A stretch of DNA of 64,000 nucleotides from Candidatus Poribacteria bacterium (GTDB taxonomy: Bacteria; Poribacteria; WGA-4E; WGA-3G): NCBI GenBank assembly GCA_963665235.2, contig CAXXLX010000001.1:2784001-2848000 (forward strand), read 5' to 3'. The translations under genes were made by a program, and so were the position numbers. Positions 10,777 through 20,332 of this stretch are shown here, piece by piece (position 1 is the first letter of the stretch; every line of letters starts with the position of its first letter). The notes below the pieces were generated by a model, which was not told the DNA's origin, ran no database searches, and saw nothing but the letters and a program-made list of their open reading frames with translations.

Positions 10777-11945
10777 CCTGGTTCCTCCATTAAATCTTGT
10801 AGAAGTTCACTATGGAAAATGGCACTGCCGATTCCGAAATCCGCTATCCACCCCTCAAGTGCCTCACGTTTCTTACGGATATCCTCAAGGTTGAGGACTT
10901 CGGTGCCAAGTCCGGGGCGGTTGCGTAGAAGTAGAACGCCAAGCCAATCGGATAAATGCTCGGAGCTGAAGGTGTCAAGGAGTTGGGAACTATGCGTTGT
11001 AATTATCACCTGCGTTCGTTCCGCAAGACGCTCAAGTATGTACGCAATATCCTTCAGTGCCCCAGGGTGTAAACTTCGCTCCGGTTCCTCAATGGCAATC
11101 AGTGGCGGTAATTCAGATTGATTGAGTAAGGTGTTATATGCAAGAAGACGCGCTGTTCCATCAGAAGCAGCAAGTAAAGGTATTGGCTCCTTGTATCCTT
11201 CCAGAAGGCAGAGTTGGGATTCGCCATCAATTTTACGATAGTCTATATTGATATTCGTGGCAGCGGCTAAGGCTGCACTAACAGATCGGAAATCCTCTGG
11301 CGAATTCTCATACCACTCTCCGAGGATGGCCGGTACCCCTCCCCCATAACGATTAAGTTTTGGCAATTCAGGGATATTTTTTATACCAGAAAAAGTTCTA
11401 TCAGAATTAGTTCGTATGTAGCTTGGTTCAAAGTCATAAAATTCCCATCCTTGAATAAACTCTGTTAGCGCGCTCGTAACGGGTTTATGTCCATAATCAC
11501 CGGCAGATCTCAAAGCGAGTTTATTGGATGTGTATCTCGTTTCATTCTTACCATCTTCATCCTGAACTTGTCCTTCTCCATCCTGAATTGAGATGACTTT
11601 GACACTGTTAACCAATAATTCTTCGCCAACAGAAAGATCTTCATCTTTAGCTTTGAACACCAATGTATATTGCGCTAATTTCTCCTTCACTTTGGCGTGT
11701 AGTTCGTAGGTGATGTGGTCGGCTCCACCTGCCCAAAGGCGATCTCTGAGAAAATTCGCATGTGTAGGAGGGGTTTCAACACTCAGGATCCCTTTGAAAA
11801 GGTGTAATGTGTTCAAAGTATTTGATTTCCCACTTGCATTAGGACCAACAAGAATCGTCAGAGGCCTCAGGGGAAGCGTAATATTCCGCAAGCTCATATA
11901 GTTTTTGATATGAACTTTCTCTAAGAAGGATTTCACTTCAGACAT
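10773..11945 (-). CDS. ABC-type ATPase (AAA_21/AAA_15, OLD/PARIS-like)
   Basis: GPNASGKS Walker A, SDGT signature, IAIEEPE Walker B, TTHS H-loop. Confidence 0.9.
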   Translation of the reverse strand: MSEVKSFLEKVHIKNYMSLRNITLPLRPLTILVGPNASGKSNTLNTLHLFKGILSVETPPTHANFLRDRLWAGGADHITYELHAKVKEKLAQYTLVFKAKDEDLSVGEELLVNSVKVISIQDGEGQVQDEDGKNETRYTSNKLALRSAGDYGHKPVTSALTEFIQGWEFYDFEPSYIRTNSDRTFSGIKNIPELPKLNRYGGGVPAILGEWYENSPEDFRSVSAALAAATNINIDYRKIDGESQLCLLEGYKEPIPLLAASDGTARLLAYNTLLNQSELPPLIAIEEPERSLHPGALKDIAYILERLAERTQVIITTHSSQLLDTFSSEHLSDWLGVLLLRNRPGLGTEVLNLEDIRKKREALEGWIADFGIGSAIFHSELLQDLMEEPG

Positions 11946-12034
11946 AATTGTTTCCCTCTACTTAATCAATGTTAAATCGTAAACACCAATTATTTTAACA
12001 TAACACCGGTTTTTATGCAAAAGAAAATTCAAGG

Positions 12035-12120
12035 TTATTGAACACTAACGCTTGATTGTATGTAGTCAATGTCAAGTTCGGACACGTCAATCTCACCAGA
12101 GATGAGTTGGGGCGGAGAAG
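12035..12120 (-). pseudogene. Remnant copy of the hsdS 3' end (direct repeat of 12745..12796)
   Basis: Encodes PQLISGEIDVSELDIDYIQSSVSVQ*; nucleotide sequence is near-identical to the hsdS segment encoding PQLISGEIDVSELDIN. Confidence 0.8.
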
Positions 12121-12135
12121 GGCACTAATAGGGTA

Positions 12136-12501
12136 CTAATTTGGTATAGGTCTCTGTCGGATGTCATCTTCATCGTGAACAACAAAGAGGTGTCCTGTCC
12201 AATCTGCTCGACTTTCAACTGCGTTGATTATGATTTGTGCTACCTCCGAAGGTAAACGGTTATCACGTCGGACACGAAACAGAATAACGCCGAAAGGGGC
12301 TTTTAACTTGTCGCGAAAGACTAAATCACCGAAGTCCTTGTCGTATGTGAGGAGAATTCGTCCTTCGGCTGTGGCACGAGAAAGCACCATTTGGTCATCA
12401 ATCCCAGGCGTTTCTTCCTCTATCCACACGAGGTCATGACCACGCGAACGAAGCATTCCTACTTCTAATCTGTTGAAGTTTTCATCTGCTAACAGACGCA
12501 C
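12136..12501 (-). CDS. DUF5615-family PIN-like toxin
   Basis: MRLLADEN...DD..VL..A..EGRILLTYDKDFG...GVILFR. Confidence 0.88.
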   Translation of the reverse strand: MRLLADENFNRLEVGMLRSRGHDLVWIEEETPGIDDQMVLSRATAEGRILLTYDKDFGDLVFRDKLKAPFGVILFRVRRDNRLPSEVAQIIINAVESRADWTGHLFVVHDEDDIRQRPIPN

Positions 12502-13909
12502 GTGTCACCTTTTCTTGATACGTGCGACACGCCTCAATGTCCTCACGTGCAACGTTTGGGTAATTTTCAATAACTTCTTCCTCACTCCACCCCTGTTTCA
12601 GCAAGTCAAGGATAAACGCAACAGCTAAACGGGTCCCTTTGATAACAGGTTTGCCACCGAGTATCTTTTCGTCAGCATGTAAACGCTCTGTGAGCGGGTA
12701 TGGAATGTGTGTCCCGCCTTTTATGGGCTGCATTCCATCCACGTTAATGTCAAGTTCAGATACGTCAATCTCCCCAGAGATGAGTTGCGGGAGAAGTAGG
12801 TCTCGGGTTTGGCGGAGGTTTTGATTTCTTTGTTTAAGACTTTCCGTTTTTTGAAATATGCCAGTGGTGAAATCAGAGAATCGTTCACTTGTTTCAGAGT
12901 CAGCAACTGCAACTACTTTATTGTTAAGTTCTGTCCAGTACCGCTTGTATTCTCTTGTTTCAACAAGATTAAAAATTAAAAAAAATAAATATCCGACCGG
13001 CGTTTTATCTTTGGCGATAAAAGGGACTACGTTGGGGCCAAGAGAGAAAGGAGCAACCATTAATTGCATCTTACAAGTATGATCCCCAAAAATCACAATT
13101 GGGTCTTTTGGAGACGCATTGTGATCTGGTTCATTATCATGAAAACCTAAAAAGTCTGCACGAGACTGGTCAACCACAATAATCTTACCTGTTTGATCAA
13201 CATCAATCTCTCTATATGTTTTACCTGCTTTTAGACGTTTAACTATCTCTTTTACCTCCTTTACCTCCCATCCCTCTGGTATCGGTCCCAACGGTGATTC
13301 TACCATCGAGACATTCTCATGCCCCGGAAATCGGAAGTGGACGAACCATTCTCGGTAGAGGGTTTGTGCCATATCCTCAAGGATTTTGATGCGGCGGGTG
13401 TTGTTTGCAATCAGGTTGTCGTAAGCAGAGAGGACAGCGGCGATTTTGCGTTGGGTTTGAAGAGGAGGCACACACACCTCAAGGTTTGCAAACGTCGACT
13501 TTTTTACTATCGGAACTGCAACACCGGCAGCGATATTTTTCAGAACCGCTGTTTTGGTGCTAAGAAGGTAATAGACAAAGTATGGATCGTGCTTTCGTTG
13601 ATCCACTACAACGCTGTTGATTTGCTGATTTGTTACGCTGGGAACGGTTGTCATGCAAATTTTACCGATACTTGCAATGCAGACGACACAAACAGCATTA
13701 CAAGGAAGCAAGCGATTCTTATTGTATTCATATCCTTTCTGTGATAGAAATCGTTTGGTATGAACAAGGCGAGAATCTATTTCTATATCAGTTGGAGTGA
13801 TAAAAGGATACTTATTGCCGTAATACTCTGTTTTTTTAGTGGGCGGCGTAGACCCTGTGATTATTTGTCCCAAGTCATTGATAGTTACATTCCGCCATGT
13901 ATTCATCAT
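12482..13909 (-). CDS. hsdS: Type I R-M specificity subunit fused to a C-terminal DUF433 antitoxin domain
   Basis: TGSTP, TNQQIN, PPLQTQRKIA, IPEGW and RDLLLPQLISGEIDV; then ILGGKPVIKGTRLAV..ILDLL..GWSEEEVIENYP (DUF433). Confidence 0.92.
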   Translation of the reverse strand: MMNTWRNVTINDLGQIITGSTPPTKKTEYYGNKYPFITPTDIEIDSRLVHTKRFLSQKGYEYNKNRLLPCNAVCVVCIASIGKICMTTVPSVTNQQINSVVVDQRKHDPYFVYYLLSTKTAVLKNIAAGVAVPIVKKSTFANLEVCVPPLQTQRKIAAVLSAYDNLIANNTRRIKILEDMAQTLYREWFVHFRFPGHENVSMVESPLGPIPEGWEVKEVKEIVKRLKAGKTYREIDVDQTGKIIVVDQSRADFLGFHDNEPDHNASPKDPIVIFGDHTCKMQLMVAPFSLGPNVVPFIAKDKTPVGYLFFLIFNLVETREYKRYWTELNNKVVAVADSETSERFSDFTTGIFQKTESLKQRNQNLRQTRDLLLPQLISGEIDVSELDINVDGMQPIKGGTHIPYPLTERLHADEKILGGKPVIKGTRLAVAFILDLLKQGWSEEEVIENYPNVAREDIEACRTYQEKVTRASVSR

Positions 13910-13936
13910 ATTGCCTTCTCTAAGTTTTCTCCAAAA

Positions 13937-15068
13937 TCATGGGTTATTAACTTCTATCATATTTAGGTTATGCTCTGCAAAGAATTTTTTGAGATCGTCA
14001 GTGTATTCGGAAATTGGATCTTGATCGACTATGCGAAACAATTCGCGACCAACCCGGGAAAGTGCTACCCCTGACACCCTAAACTCAGGTTTATTATCCC
14101 AATCTGGCGAGGGAAATAAAGCCCAGAACTTGCCTTGGTGTTGAAAAGGCGAAGGAATTGGATTGTCTTCATATACTATGCACGAGTTGTAGTCATACAG
14201 AGAGCACAATTTGTAGTCAGGCAGAGGAATGTCCCCCGAAAAAATTAGATTGTATTCGTTTAATATATTAAGTTGATCGAGGCCTAATCCATATTTGCTG
14301 AGAGCATTAGATCCAAGACTGCTCCCTAAAGGCAGAACTCTAGCATCAATAACGAGTTCGCTGTTTGGAATTCTGAAAGGCCCAATGACTACACATACTG
14401 AACAGAATCTTTTGAACAAAGCAGCAGTATTTTGATCGAGCTCACCGAGAAGGTTTACAGCCTTAATTGAATACGAGCCCGGTTGCCTAATTTCGCCTGC
14501 CAAGATACGACCGAAACGAAGCTGCATCTCTTCAGTGCTTTTTTTCCGCGCTTCTGTATCGAAACTGTTAAGCCAATCGTCGTCGATTACCCTTTCCTCA
14601 CGACTATCTGTCCCCTGATTTGGCGAATCAGTAGATTGCCCTTCATTAGGGGCACTTGCACCTTGATTTGTTAAACTATCAGGTTCCCCGTTTTTAAGCT
14701 CATTTGCAGCAATAGCGGAAATTTTATCAAGATTGAGCTGCTCCCGAATTATTTTTTCTGCGAATTTGTGGCCTGCTCTCAACGCATATTCCGGGTCAAC
14801 TTGTATCTGTTGAACAATTTGGGCGGTAATCTCTTCCCTAATTTTAATGCGGGCTTCCGATTCTGCTCGTTTTTCGGCGGATCTCCGTTCAAGAGCTCCA
14901 ACTGGTACATCAATTAAAGCGGAGCAAAGTCGGTCGAAAGCCTTAAATGCGTTTCGCCTGATTGGGGCAGGGATAGTTGAATCTAACACAACATCAGTGA
15001 CAACGTCAAGTGCTGTGTGTGCTTCATCCTCAGTTGTTGAATGTAAATCAGGTTTTTTTGTCAGGCAT
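13937..15068 (-). CDS. DUF2806-like protein; the RBS-backed ATG at 15068 is frameshifted in an A7 tract (intact frame from GTG 14989)
   Basis: DDDWLNSF...S.EEMQ..FGRILAGEIRQPGSYS motif. Upstream AAGGA-ATG CCT GAC AAA AAA ACC TGA. Confidence 0.7.
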
Positions 15069-15097
15069 TATGAAATCCTTTTTTTGATAGACGCGCT

Positions 15098-15301
15098 CTA
15101 TTTTGTTATAGATATGTTAATACATTTAACTTGCTCATCCTCAATTGGTGTCAAGTTGTGACGTAATTTAAGACTGACCTGAATTTCCACTTCTTCGGTT
15201 TCGTCCCAATAATCGGCGAGGTCATGCGTGTCCCAAAATTCGCCGATCTCCTCTGGTGTTGCATCGGGAGGCGGCATTGGGTCTCGTTTTTTGTTTTTCA
15301 T
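15098..15301 (-). CDS. Orphan CopG/BrnA-type antitoxin, possibly truncated
   Basis: EEIGEFWDTHDLADYWDE motif; no toxin gene upstream. TATAAT at 15313..15308 sits 6 nt before the ATG (possible leaderless mRNA). Confidence 0.65.
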   Translation of the reverse strand: MKNKKRDPMPPPDATPEEIGEFWDTHDLADYWDETEEVEIQVSLKLRHNLTPIEDEQVKCINISITK

Positions 15302-15464
15302 ATTTTCATTATACCATGTTTTCCAGAATCTTTGCCAGATTGTTGCAATGTCTGGGGGTGCAAAGTTTTTGACAATCAGACCCCACCTCTTTTGTAGAAG
15401 GCGTTCAACCTCGATAGCACAGCAATGATTTCACAGTAGTCGGATTACCGATAGCCTTATCTAT

Positions 15465-15722
15465 CTATGTATCCAACCCTTGTAAGAAGGTTTCGAAGTT
15501 AGGTGTTTTCATAGCAGTGCGCAGGAGTTGCTGTAGGCGTTCCATGTCGTGAATAGTTTGTAGTCGCTGTTTTGCGGCCTCGGTGTCACTATTCGGAAAT
15601 CGCTCTGTGAGTAGCAGCAGGATATTTTCGATGGTGTTCTCGCGCGCACCTTGTTCGATACCTTGTTCGATACCTTGTTCGAAGCCTCGTTCAAGTAGTT
15701 CTTCAGCCATTGTTCGTGCCAT
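15465..15722 (-). CDS. Stand-alone duplicate of the Rpn C-terminal domain (RpnS-like), 85 aa
   Basis: Tandem duplication of the rpn 3' end, with GGAGG-TAGACCCC-ATG; 3 EQG repeats. Confidence 0.75.
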   Translation of the reverse strand: MARTMAEELLERGFEQGIEQGIEQGARENTIENILLLLTERFPNSDTEAAKQRLQTIHDMERLQQLLRTAMKTPNFETFLQGLDT

Positions 15723-15765
15723 GGGGTCTACCTCCTCCACTCGGATTACCGATAGTCTTGTCTAT

Positions 15766-16881
15766 CTATGTATCCAACCCTTGTAAGAAGGTTTCGAAGT
15801 TAGGTGTTTTCATAGCAGTGCGCAGGAGTTGCTGTAGGCGTTCCATGTCGTAAATAGTTTGTAGTCGCTGTTTTGCGGCCTCGGTGTCACTATTCGGAAA
15901 TCGCTCTGTGAGTAGCAGCAGGATATTTTCGATGGTGTTCTCGCGCGCACCTTGTTCGATACCTTGTTCGATACCTTGTTCGATACCTTGTTCGATACCT
16001 TGTTCGATACCTTGTTCGAAGCCTCGTTCAAGTAGTTCTTCAGCCATTGTTCGTGCCATGGGGTCTACCTCCACATTGTTTGTATGTCTGTCTACTAACC
16101 TTATCAATTCTTCGTGTTCCTCTGGGGAGCGGCGATGCAGGATAAGATCAAGGATATAACCGATTGCCTCACGCTTCTGTGCTGACTGTGCCTCAGGCAG
16201 TGCACCAAAGTGAATTAACGCCTCGATGAGAGCGTCGCGTATTTCCGCAGAGTCCGCTTTCTCTTTCTGTAGCACTGTGAGAATCCATCCTAACGGATGC
16301 GCTGTCTTTGTGAGGGTTGCCGCCTCTGTTTCTTTGACGCTGAGAAACAACGTGTCAAATTGTGGAACGAAACGTTCAAGCTCTTTGGGAAGGTCCATGA
16401 TAGCTTGTAGTGTCAGCGGGGTGTTCCATCGCCGGTCGCCTGTATAAAAGACTATCGGCAGAATTGGAGACAATCGCTGTTTATTTTTGGGAACATTGTC
16501 CGTTTTCCATCCTCTGCGTTGTTGGTCCCATATCAGCATCATGTAAAGCAGGAGGCGAAATCCCATCTCATCATCCACTGTCGATTGATGTTCAAGTAGG
16601 ATATAGATGAGTAGTTCGTCCGAATGCTCCTCTGTTTTAAAAGGTGCACGGAACAGCACGTCCGCTTCCCGTTCCTGTAGGATTTCAGAAATCAAATCAG
16701 GGTTGAGCGGGACGAGTTTGTTAAAATCTATAAGTTGCGCGAGGTCGTTAGCGATGATTTCTATCAGCCCGCGTATATTTTCCTTGTTTTGAAACAGGTG
16801 TCGGATACTCCTGTCAGGAAAGCGTCCGAGCTGTCTATTAAGAAAATCGCGGACCTTCTTCTCTTTTGTTTCTACTGTCAT
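15766..16881 (-). CDS. Rpn-family (YhgA / Transposase_31) PD-(D/E)XK nuclease
   Basis: ADVL...ILLEHQSTVD..MGFRLL.YM, PIVFYTG..W; C-terminal (I/F)EQG x6. Internal RBS plus ATG at 16059. Confidence 0.92.
   Translation of the reverse strand: MTVETKEKKVRDFLNRQLGRFPDRSIRHLFQNKENIRGLIEIIANDLAQLIDFNKLVPLNPDLISEILQEREADVLFRAPFKTEEHSDELLIYILLEHQSTVDDEMGFRLLLYMMLIWDQQRRGWKTDNVPKNKQRLSPILPIVFYTGDRRWNTPLTLQAIMDLPKELERFVPQFDTLFLSVKETEAATLTKTAHPLGWILTVLQKEKADSAEIRDALIEALIHFGALPEAQSAQKREAIGYILDLILHRRSPEEHEELIRLVDRHTNNVEVDPMARTMAEELLERGFEQGIEQGIEQGIEQGIEQGIEQGARENTIENILLLLTERFPNSDTEAAKQRLQTIYDMERLQQLLRTAMKTPNFETFLQGLDT
15950..16021. repeat. 12-nt tandem repeat (CCTTGTTCGATA)n encoding IEQG
   Basis: Six units in rpn, three in the duplicate at ~15648..15684. 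Confidence 0.9.
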
Positions 16882-17059
16882 GTCCTCCTCGATTCTGGGG
16901 GTACAGGATATGGTCTTCTCTGACCGGGGTCACCCATTATATTGAGTGTTTGTGAATTACCAAATTATTTGAAACTCTATAAGCAAACTGGGTAACGCTA
17001 CGTCACAAAAACGCGTTGGCGTTTGATGTTCCGTTTTGACTCTTCACCCATTTTTTTTA

Positions 17060-18628
17060 TTATACCCTATTTTCCAAAATCTTTGCAACATTCTCTGCAA
17101 TCCGCTCCTCTAACTGACGTGCCTCAGCGTTCAGATTCTCCAATTCTTCATTGAGTTTTCCGAATTGTTCTGTGAAGTCAAAATCGTCCGCGGTTTGCGT
17201 AGCGACACCGACATAACGTCCAGGGTTTAGGCTCCAACCTTGTGCTTCAATATCGGCAACGGCCGCCATTTTGCAAAGCCCGGGAACATCAATATATTCT
17301 GCATCGGGGAACTTTGTAGCGAGAAAATCCGAGCTGTCGTGTCGGTTTTCAGGAGATTCAGCTCGGTAGAGCCTAACAATATTGGCGAGGAATTCCAGCT
17401 GAAGCGGGGTGAATTGCCGATGCGCTCGGCTCACTTGTTGATAAAGGTGTCGGGCATCAATGAACAACACTTTATCGGCTCTTTCCGTATCCCGTTTAGC
17501 TTTGTCGAAAAACCAGAGGGTACACGGTAAAGTAACAGTATAGAAGAAATTTGAGGCTATGCTAACAATAACATCCACCGCGCCGGTCTCAATAAGCTGC
17601 TTACGAATTTGTAGTTCAGAGGCGCGTGCATCCGCAGCAGAGTTCGCCATGACAAACCCCGCGCGACCTGTCTCCAAAAGCGAACTATAAAAGAGTTGTA
17701 TCCAGAGGTAATTGGCGTTATCTACGCGAGGCATGCCGAACGGAAATCGCGGGTCATCTTTGAGCCGTTCCCTATCTACACGGTCCACATTGAAGGGTGG
17801 ATTTGCCATGACAAAGTCGAACCTCCCTAGACAGTTATGCGGGTCTTCGTAGTAGCTATTCGCCTGCTTTATATCCCCCTCCAGACCGTGTACCGCGAGG
17901 TTCATTTTACATAATCTGATAGTCTCCGCGACGCGTTCCACGCCGTAGATGCTAATGTTGTCACCCTGTTTTCCGTTTTGCTGGTGGTTACGAATGAATT
18001 CTGCACTTTGGACAAACATGCCGCCAGAGCCGCATGCAGGGTCAAGGATACGTCCATGAAAGGGTTGTAGAATTTCAACGATCAGTTTAACGAGTGAGGT
18101 TGGCGTGAAAAACTCACCCCCCCGTTGTCCTTCACTCATAGCAAAGTTGCCGAGGAAGTACTCATAGACCTTTCCGAAGGCATCCCCTTCAATATCCATC
18201 GGAATCTGTTGCATGATGCGGAGGAGTTCAAAGAGGGTACGTTTTTCGAGTTGATTGTAATTTTTGGGCAGCACCCCTTGAACCTGACTGTTTTCAGCTT
18301 CGATTGCGCGCATTGCGGCAGTGATAGCTTGCCCAATGTTCGCACTTTCCGGCAAATTGAGGAGATGCTGAAATCGCGCTTCCTCTGGTAGGTAAAAGAT
18401 ACCGCGTGCTTGGTATTGTATCTTTTTATCTGTTCGCCGTCGCGTGTTAGGGGACGATTCGCGTTCAAATTCGCGTTCCGCCTCTGTAAATTTATGGTCG
18501 GCGTATTTCAAGAAGATGAGCCCGAGTACCGGTGTTGAGTACTCCGATGCTTTAAGCTTTGAATTAGCTCTGAGTTCATCAGCAGCGTGCCACAGTTTGT
18601 TTTCTATGTCGGTTAGGTTTGTGTTCAT
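17060..18628 (-). CDS. hsdM: Type I R-M methyltransferase subunit
   Basis: [36 protein letters not shown]. Confidence 0.97.
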   Translation of the reverse strand: MNTNLTDIENKLWHAADELRANSKLKASEYSTPVLGLIFLKYADHKFTEAEREFERESSPNTRRRTDKKIQYQARGIFYLPEEARFQHLLNLPESANIGQAITAAMRAIEAENSQVQGVLPKNYNQLEKRTLFELLRIMQQIPMDIEGDAFGKVYEYFLGNFAMSEGQRGGEFFTPTSLVKLIVEILQPFHGRILDPACGSGGMFVQSAEFIRNHQQNGKQGDNISIYGVERVAETIRLCKMNLAVHGLEGDIKQANSYYEDPHNCLGRFDFVMANPPFNVDRVDRERLKDDPRFPFGMPRVDNANYLWIQLFYSSLLETGRAGFVMANSAADARASELQIRKQLIETGAVDVIVSIASNFFYTVTLPCTLWFFDKAKRDTERADKVLFIDARHLYQQVSRAHRQFTPLQLEFLANIVRLYRAESPENRHDSSDFLATKFPDAEYIDVPGLCKMAAVADIEAQGWSLNPGRYVGVATQTADDFDFTEQFGKLNEELENLNAEARQLEERIAENVAKILENRV

Positions 18629-18657
18629 AATGTTCACTAAATTAGGAGGCAAAAGGA

Positions 18658-19116
18658 TTACCGGACAGAATCAACTCTCAACATAGAGTCGGGTCCTCTG
18701 ATACCATTTTGTGCCAATGTCCGCCGATATTTACCCCTTTTCACGTTTGATCCAGTTTTCCCACTGGAAATCCAGTGATAAGTACTGTGATGTTTTAAAT
18801 CTTCAAGAGGTTTTGCTACGTTTTTGCGCCACTGTTTTAGCCACTTTAATTTCGCGATGATGTTTTTTACTTCGCCAGCGCTTCCGGCGGGATGGATTTC
18901 GATATAGTAAACCCTATCTTTATAACCGAATACATAATCCCAACGGGGGTCATTCGGATAACGCTCGGCGACGCAGGCGTCGATATCGACACTGCCTTTT
19001 AATTCAGGAGTCTCAGGGACTTCTATCTTTCTACTATTTCTTTTTAATGCCTGTAACCCATGTCTGAGACACTCAGCAATTTCATGCGTATTCTGAACAG
19101 CATCTGTAAAACTCAC
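18658..19116 (-). CDS. Small basic protein with a putative PD-(D/E)XK-like motif, partner of the upstream ATPase
   Basis: RWDYVFG...YIEIHP; 4-nt overlap with 19113..20270. Confidence 0.55.
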   Translation of the reverse strand: MSFTDAVQNTHEIAECLRHGLQALKRNSRKIEVPETPELKGSVDIDACVAERYPNDPRWDYVFGYKDRVYYIEIHPAGSAGEVKNIIAKLKWLKQWRKNVAKPLEDLKHHSTYHWISSGKTGSNVKRGKYRRTLAQNGIRGPDSMLRVDSVR

Positions 19117-20270
19117 GAATCACTCTCCCATACCGCTTTTGTGACAACATCCGCTGCCTTCGTGCTAAAGTGTGTGAGACCGCCCCAATCCGATATGGCT
19201 TCATCGGAATCTTCCGGATCCAAAGTTGAAATGTCTTTGACATTCACAACACTATCTTGCCGAGAGAAGTAATAGGTTTTGAATGTCTTTTCGGATAGGA
19301 CTGTTTTCACGAGCTTATTAGAAAAAGCATTGGGTTCCAAATCCAACAATTGCCTTAACCGTTTTGGTGCTTCTTTTGATTTCGCAATGAGCGGGATTGC
19401 CCATACCAATTCCAGCATTTGTGCCGAGTGTGTAGAAATAATGACTTTATAGTCTCGCCGCAAAAGTTCCATGAAAATTAGGAGGAGGGTTGAGATTGCT
19501 TTCGGATGTAGTCCCATTTCCGGTTCTTCAATAACAACCCAGTTTATACTGTTTCTCTTTTGTGCTCTCTTTGAAGGCATTAATCGATACAGTCCGAGTA
19601 AGAGCGGTGTGAATTCTCTTTGTCCGGTTGACCAGGTCATGAACGGCAATTGACTGCCCGCAACATCTAAAACGACGCGTTTACGCAATGTAGTTTTATC
19701 CAGTTTGACTTCGGCACCGCCAAAGACGTTTTCCCCGAGCGCGTCCCGGAGTGTCTTATTCATGCGACCTTCCTGCGGAAAAATAGCCCCTTTACTTGTG
19801 CCTAACCCAGCTTCCATAAGTAGACGCAACTTCTCGCTGAACTCTTTAACAACGTATGGGTCGCTACTTGTATAGTCTGTAAAAGCGCGAGGCCAGCCAT
19901 CTTTGAGCGTTATCACCCGGTGTGCGGGAATTAGAAAGAGGGATTCCGCTCTTTTCCTCCCTCTTTTGGACAGTGCTTCTGATAGTGTGAAATCTTGTTC
20001 ATCAGCGATAATTTTTATTCCGGTGGGTTTCCAAATCCCTTGCATTCCCTCACCGAAGTAGAGCGACAAAAAATTTTCGCTATTTCCGTGCCACTCGTAC
20101 CCGTGTTTTTTGAGGGTTTGGGTAATATCGCCGGTATCCAAAATTAATTTCACAAGCTGGAGCAGGATGCTTTTCCCACTCGCTTGTTCACCGACGAAGA
20201 TAGTCATATCGCCGAAGGTAATATCAGCTTCGCGGATTTGTCCGAGTGAACTTAATGTAAGCCGTTTCAT
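19113..20270 (-). CDS. ABC-type ATPase (AAA_21/AAA_15)
   Basis: GEQASGKS, WSTGQRE, VVIEEPE, STHS. Confidence 0.88.
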   Translation of the reverse strand: MKRLTLSSLGQIREADITFGDMTIFVGEQASGKSILLQLVKLILDTGDITQTLKKHGYEWHGNSENFLSLYFGEGMQGIWKPTGIKIIADEQDFTLSEALSKRGRKRAESLFLIPAHRVITLKDGWPRAFTDYTSSDPYVVKEFSEKLRLLMEAGLGTSKGAIFPQEGRMNKTLRDALGENVFGGAEVKLDKTTLRKRVVLDVAGSQLPFMTWSTGQREFTPLLLGLYRLMPSKRAQKRNSINWVVIEEPEMGLHPKAISTLLLIFMELLRRDYKVIISTHSAQMLELVWAIPLIAKSKEAPKRLRQLLDLEPNAFSNKLVKTVLSEKTFKTYYFSRQDSVVNVKDISTLDPEDSDEAISDWGGLTHFSTKAADVVTKAVWESDS

Positions 20271-20332
20271 TGAATAGCCCTCAGGGTTATTTAGTTATCC
20301 ACATTTTTCGCAGGTTGTTCAACAAACCTCTT

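Noticed and set aside
15766-16881. Active IS element ('putative transposase')
   Set aside because: Rpn/YhgA proteins are PD-(D/E)XK nucleases; no terminal inverted repeats or target duplication were seen.
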